A model generated the notes under the pieces. It did not search any database. It worked only from the letters and a program-made list of their open reading frames with translations, and was not told where the DNA came from. The translations under genes were made by a program, and so were the position numbers. Of a DNA stretch of 64,000 nucleotides, positions 60,538 through 64,000 are shown in pieces (within the stretch, counting starts at the first letter, position 1; every line of letters starts with the position of its first letter). This stretch comes from Candidatus Latescibacterota bacterium (lineage in GTDB: Bacteria > Latescibacterota > UBA2968 > GCA-2709665). Location: positions 2,304,001-2,368,000 of the forward strand of contig OZ244744.1 of NCBI GenBank assembly GCA_965219455.1. Direction: 5' to 3'.

Positions 60538-62058
60538 TCAGGCCTCGAGCGCGTTCAGGAACTCCTCCAGTTCATCCGATCGATCCAGCACCCTATTATA
60601 ATACGCGACCTTCTCCCCATCAACCAGATCCTTCATATCCACGGAACGCTGTTCCCCGTTCCGGGAGAAAACAATCCGGTCCCAGTTGACCGATTTGACG
60701 TCGTGGCCGAATTTCTCCAGGCATCGTCCGCGAAAATACGCCCGCGTGTCCGTGGGCGGAACGGACATCGCCTCCACGATTCGCTCGTCGTCCAGAAGCC
60801 GCACCATTTTGCCCTGGTCTTCCAGCAGAAAATAGAGTCCGGCCTCCCGATCCACGTTGTGGTACTCCAGATCCTGGCTCTGAAGCCACGACAGGTCCTC
60901 CGGATTGTCCCAGGAAAGTCCCTCCGCCTCGCAAAAACAATCCAGCAACCACTTCTTGCTTACCCAGTCGCAGGTGCCAACCATCGCCATGGGATCCCGT
61001 TCCAGGCCTGCAAGAATCTCCTCCCAGGCGTTCAGGACCCAGTCCGTTTCCACGTCCAGGCCTCCGAACCGCTCTCGCGCCCGCGCCAGGTACATCCGCT
61101 GCACGTCTACGGCCGGTACCAGCCGGTTGCTCTTGCGATCCAGTTCCACCAACCACTGATAACTCTGGTCGCGCGATACGTTCTTCAACGCCGCAATCGG
61201 ATCCTTCAAGACCACGTCGGGCAGATCATCCTGTTCAACCAGCGCCACCACCAGGGCCATCGCGCCCACTTTCAGCGCCGTGACGTATTCCGACATGTTC
61301 GCGTCGCCGAGAATCACGTGGAGCCTGCGGTAGCGGGCCGCGTCGGCGTGGGGTTCGTCGCGGGTATTGATGAGCGGCCGTTTGTGCATGGTGTCGACGC
61401 TGGCGATCACCTCGAAGAATTCGGACCGCTGCGAGAGTTGATAGATGGATGCCCTGTCGCCGCGTTCCACGCCCATCTTGCCCGCGCCCGCGTATATCTG
61501 CCGCGTAACCAGAAAGGGCAGGAGGCCCGTCACGATTCGTTCGAACGGGGTCTCACGGTCCATCAGATAATTCTCGTGACACCCGTAGCTATGGCCTTCG
61601 AAATCGGTGTTGTTCTTGTAGATCCGGACCTCGCCCTCGGGCAGCATCTCCGTTCGCCGTTGGGCGCAGATGTCGACGATCCGCTCGCCCGCGCGGTCCT
61701 GCGCGACCAGCTCGAAGAGGCTCAGACACTCGCCCGTTGAGTATTCCGGATGGGTATGGTCGTTGTAAAAGCGGGCGCCGTTGCGGATAATCAGGTCGCT
61801 CTTCAATTCCCCGAGCGGCACCTTTCGCTGACGATCCTTCTGGAGGTGTACCTTCTCGTCCGTATCGTTCAGCAGGGAATTCACTTCAAACCCCCGCACA
61901 TCCTTGCGGGGGTTCTCCAGCTGATAGTCCCACAGAGGCGTAAATTCACCCTGGAGATAGCACCGGATCAGTTGCATCGACTCTTCCACCACGTCGATCC
62001 CGTCCACTCCGTCTATCGTGATTCCGTACTCCGTTTCCAGACCGAAAAGTCGATTCAT
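60538..62058 (-). CDS. dop: Dop-like deamidase/deconjugase
   Basis: GLETEYG, WDY..ENP..DVRGF (Dop loop), NGARFYNDHTHPEYS, SYGCHENY, INTRDEPHAD, TRAYFRG, NWD. Confidence 0.88.
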   Translation of the reverse strand: MNRLFGLETEYGITIDGVDGIDVVEESMQLIRCYLQGEFTPLWDYQLENPRKDVRGFEVNSLLNDTDEKVHLQKDRQRKVPLGELKSDLIIRNGARFYNDHTHPEYSTGECLSLFELVAQDRAGERIVDICAQRRTEMLPEGEVRIYKNNTDFEGHSYGCHENYLMDRETPFERIVTGLLPFLVTRQIYAGAGKMGVERGDRASIYQLSQRSEFFEVIASVDTMHKRPLINTRDEPHADAARYRRLHVILGDANMSEYVTALKVGAMALVVALVEQDDLPDVVLKDPIAALKNVSRDQSYQWLVELDRKSNRLVPAVDVQRMYLARARERFGGLDVETDWVLNAWEEILAGLERDPMAMVGTCDWVSKKWLLDCFCEAEGLSWDNPEDLSWLQSQDLEYHNVDREAGLYFLLEDQGKMVRLLDDERIVEAMSVPPTDTRAYFRGRCLEKFGHDVKSVNWDRIVFSRNGEQRSVDMKDLVDGEKVAYYNRVLDRSDELEEFLNALEA

Positions 62059-62099
62059 GGGCTCTGCTCAGTTCTTGATCTCAGGGAAAGGCAAATACC

Positions 62100-62750
62100 G
62101 CGGTTCGCTACGCGTGGATACGCGTGGATACGCGTGAAATGGAGTCTACCCCTCCCACTAACGTCCCCTTTTCCCTTGCCCTTTTTCTTGCTTCGCCCAA
62201 GAAAAAGGGCGAAAAAGAAGGGCGCCGCTCAGACGCCGCGGGGCTGCTTTTCCGCGAATCGCCTCAGTGTGAAAGCGACGTCAGGTGGCCTACAGGGATC
62301 GCAGGTTTCACCGAGTCGAAATGCTAAACGGATAAGCGCGGAAAAGCCCCTTCCCTACAACCGTGCGCTTGAAAAGACCTCGCGAGATTCGGTACCATAG
62401 AAAAGCTGTACGATAAAGCGCCGAATCTGCCCCCACTCCGCCACCGGTCGCGCCGTCGTTGTTTTTGTAGGGGCGACTTTCAAAGTCGCCCACGTCACGG
62501 CGTTGACAATTGACATCACAAGGCCCTATCGCTAACCGGTTTTAGCTGACAGCTTACGGCTGATAGCTCTTTCCGAGGGGGCCGGGGGGAGAGGTCCCGC
62601 GACCGCGGCTATCGTGGATCGATTTCGCCAGTCCGTATCGCTCACTGCATTTTGCTTTTTGTTTCAAGCTGATTGCTGAAAGCTGACGGCTGACAGCTTT
62701 TTCTGAGGGGGCCGGGGGGAGAGGTCCGGCTCTTAGCTGACAGCTGACAC
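62100..62750. repeat. Composite repeat block: foldback-family left arm, TACGCGTGGA x3, GTAG REP (62467-62491), G-rich motif x2, GCTGA(n)A heptamers
   Basis: 62160-62270 aligns with 33175-33280; GATTTCGCCAG.CC.TATCGCTC shared with 33445. Confidence 0.7.
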
Positions 62751-62757
62751 CGGAACG

Positions 62758-64000
62758 CTAAACAGTACGACTGCCCCGCCGGGTCATCTTCCGTCCGGGG
62801 CGAATCGGCGACGCCCGCACGACGTTTTCCGGATCGTAATCGAGCAACTTCAGCCAGTCTTCCGTGTTATCCGTCGGCGGAAAAATCTCGTTTTCCGTAT
62901 ACTCGGTCTCGACGGCCTGGAGCAGATCGTCCCGGGAAATGCCCTCTTCCTCTCCCGACGCGATGGACCGCCGGATGGCCATCTCCTTTGCCCGTCTCAC
63001 AATCGATTCCATGATCGCCCCACTGGCCAGGTCCCCCCATCGGAGAACGTCCTTCCGGCCGCTTCGCAGGGTCACTTCGAGAAATCGTGTATGGCCCTTT
63101 CGGGAAAAAATCTCTTCCGCCGTGCAGGCAACGAGCGACTCCACGGCCCCTGAGGCGTCGCCCCCGTGTTGTTCAAGCGTCTTCCGGTCGATTGGCAGAC
63201 CGGGCGCCAGATAGATCTTAAGGATATCGAGGGCGCCCTCCCGGTCCGGGCGCTTTACCTTTATTTTTCTGTCGATTCTTCCCGGCCGCAATATGGCGGG
63301 ATCGATCAGGTCGGGCCGGTTGGACGCCAGAATGATCACCACGTCCTGCAGCGACTCGATGCCGTCCATCTCCGAGCAGAACATCGGCACCACCGTATTG
63401 GAAATGCTGTGCGACCGCATCGCCCGGCGCGTACCGAGAACCGACTCCGCCTCGTCGATGAATACCACCGGCAGGCAGCCCTCTTTCCGCTTCTCCCGCG
63501 CCCGGGAAAAAATCTCGCGAACCTGGCGTTCGGACTCGCCCAGCCACATATTCAGAATTTCCGGCCCTTTGATATTCATGAAACATTCTTTCAGGTTCAG
63601 ACCGGCCTTCTGCTGTGCCTGCTTAACGAGGTTGTAGGCGGTTGCCTTGCCGATGAGCGTCTTGCCGCAGCCCGGCGGGCCGTACAACAGGAACCCCTTG
63701 GGTACGCTGTATTGGAACCTGGAGAACAGATCCGGATGCAAGGCCGGCATCTCGATCGTATCTTTAATGGCCTGGATGGCCTCCTCCTGGCCGCCGATTT
63801 TATCCCAGGGCAGATATGGAATCTCTTCGAGGTAATAGTCTTTCGCCTCTTTTTCGGGCATCCGTTCCAGCGCCACGCGGAAATTCGGATCCACGCGAAC
63901 CTCGTCGCCCGCCTTCAGAGACGCCGGTATCAGGTCGCTCGAGCGGGAAAGTACGGTGACCTGACCCCCCGGCTCCTGGCCGACCCGCAGCCGGCCGTCT
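62758..64000 (-). CDS. arc: Proteasomal AAA+ ATPase ARC/Mpa-like (5' end off window)
   Basis: GPPGCGKT, IKGPEILN, FIDEAE, ASNRPDLIDPAILRPGRID; frame stays open to the window edge. Confidence 0.92.
   Translation of the reverse strand, partial: DGRLRVGQEPGGQVTVLSRSSDLIPASLKAGDEVRVDPNFRVALERMPEKEAKDYYLEEIPYLPWDKIGGQEEAIQAIKDTIEMPALHPDLFSRFQYSVPKGFLLYGPPGCGKTLIGKATAYNLVKQAQQKAGLNLKECFMNIKGPEILNMWLGESERQVREIFSRAREKRKEGCLPVVFIDEAESVLGTRRAMRSHSISNTVVPMFCSEMDGIESLQDVVIILASNRPDLIDPAILRPGRIDRKIKVKRPDREGALDILKIYLAPGLPIDRKTLEQHGGDASGAVESLVACTAEEIFSRKGHTRFLEVTLRSGRKDVLRWGDLASGAIMESIVRRAKEMAIRRSIASGEEEGISRDDLLQAVETEYTENEIFPPTDNTEDWLKLLDYDPENVVRASPIRPGRKMTRRGSRTV

Noticed and set aside
62109-62750. Short repeats as a CRISPR array
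   Set aside because: The 10-bp tandem, heptamers and two G-rich motifs lack regular repeat-spacer periodicity; no cas genes.

Overview
This is a 64 kb window from a GC-rich (roughly 60% by eye) diderm bacterium, judged from LolA and outer-membrane beta-barrel genes; lineage cannot be fixed from sequence alone. Most of it is housekeeping and catabolic genes (modBC, epmA, pepA, pyrE, mgtE, beta-oxidation operon with a deletion-broken fadE, msrAB, UPF0182), interrupted by three accessory blocks. The first (0.5-3.65 kb) holds an MjaI-like type II R-M pair and an NYN RNase gene whose 5' leader overlaps a predicted ~75-nt antisense sRNA with its own near-consensus promoter and terminator, a candidate undescribed RNA-antitoxin system. 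The second (16.8-18.4 kb) holds a Fic toxin with a small upstream partner. The third (51-56.6 kb) holds an AAA/DUF4143 gene coupled to a 1365-aa NACHT/STAND NTPase with a C-terminal PD-(D/E)XK-like nuclease. The right end carries a UBact-proteasome locus (arc [5' end off-window]-dop-ubact-prcB-prcA-pafA) whose ATPase lacks the usual HbYX tail. Intergenic DNA contains several repeat families: 56-bp inverted-repeat elements just upstream of start codons, a ~500-nt foldback element with three related copies, GTAG-type REPs and a 160-bp MITE. No tRNA, rRNA or CRISPR array was seen. All calls come from motif reading by eye; no database searches were run.
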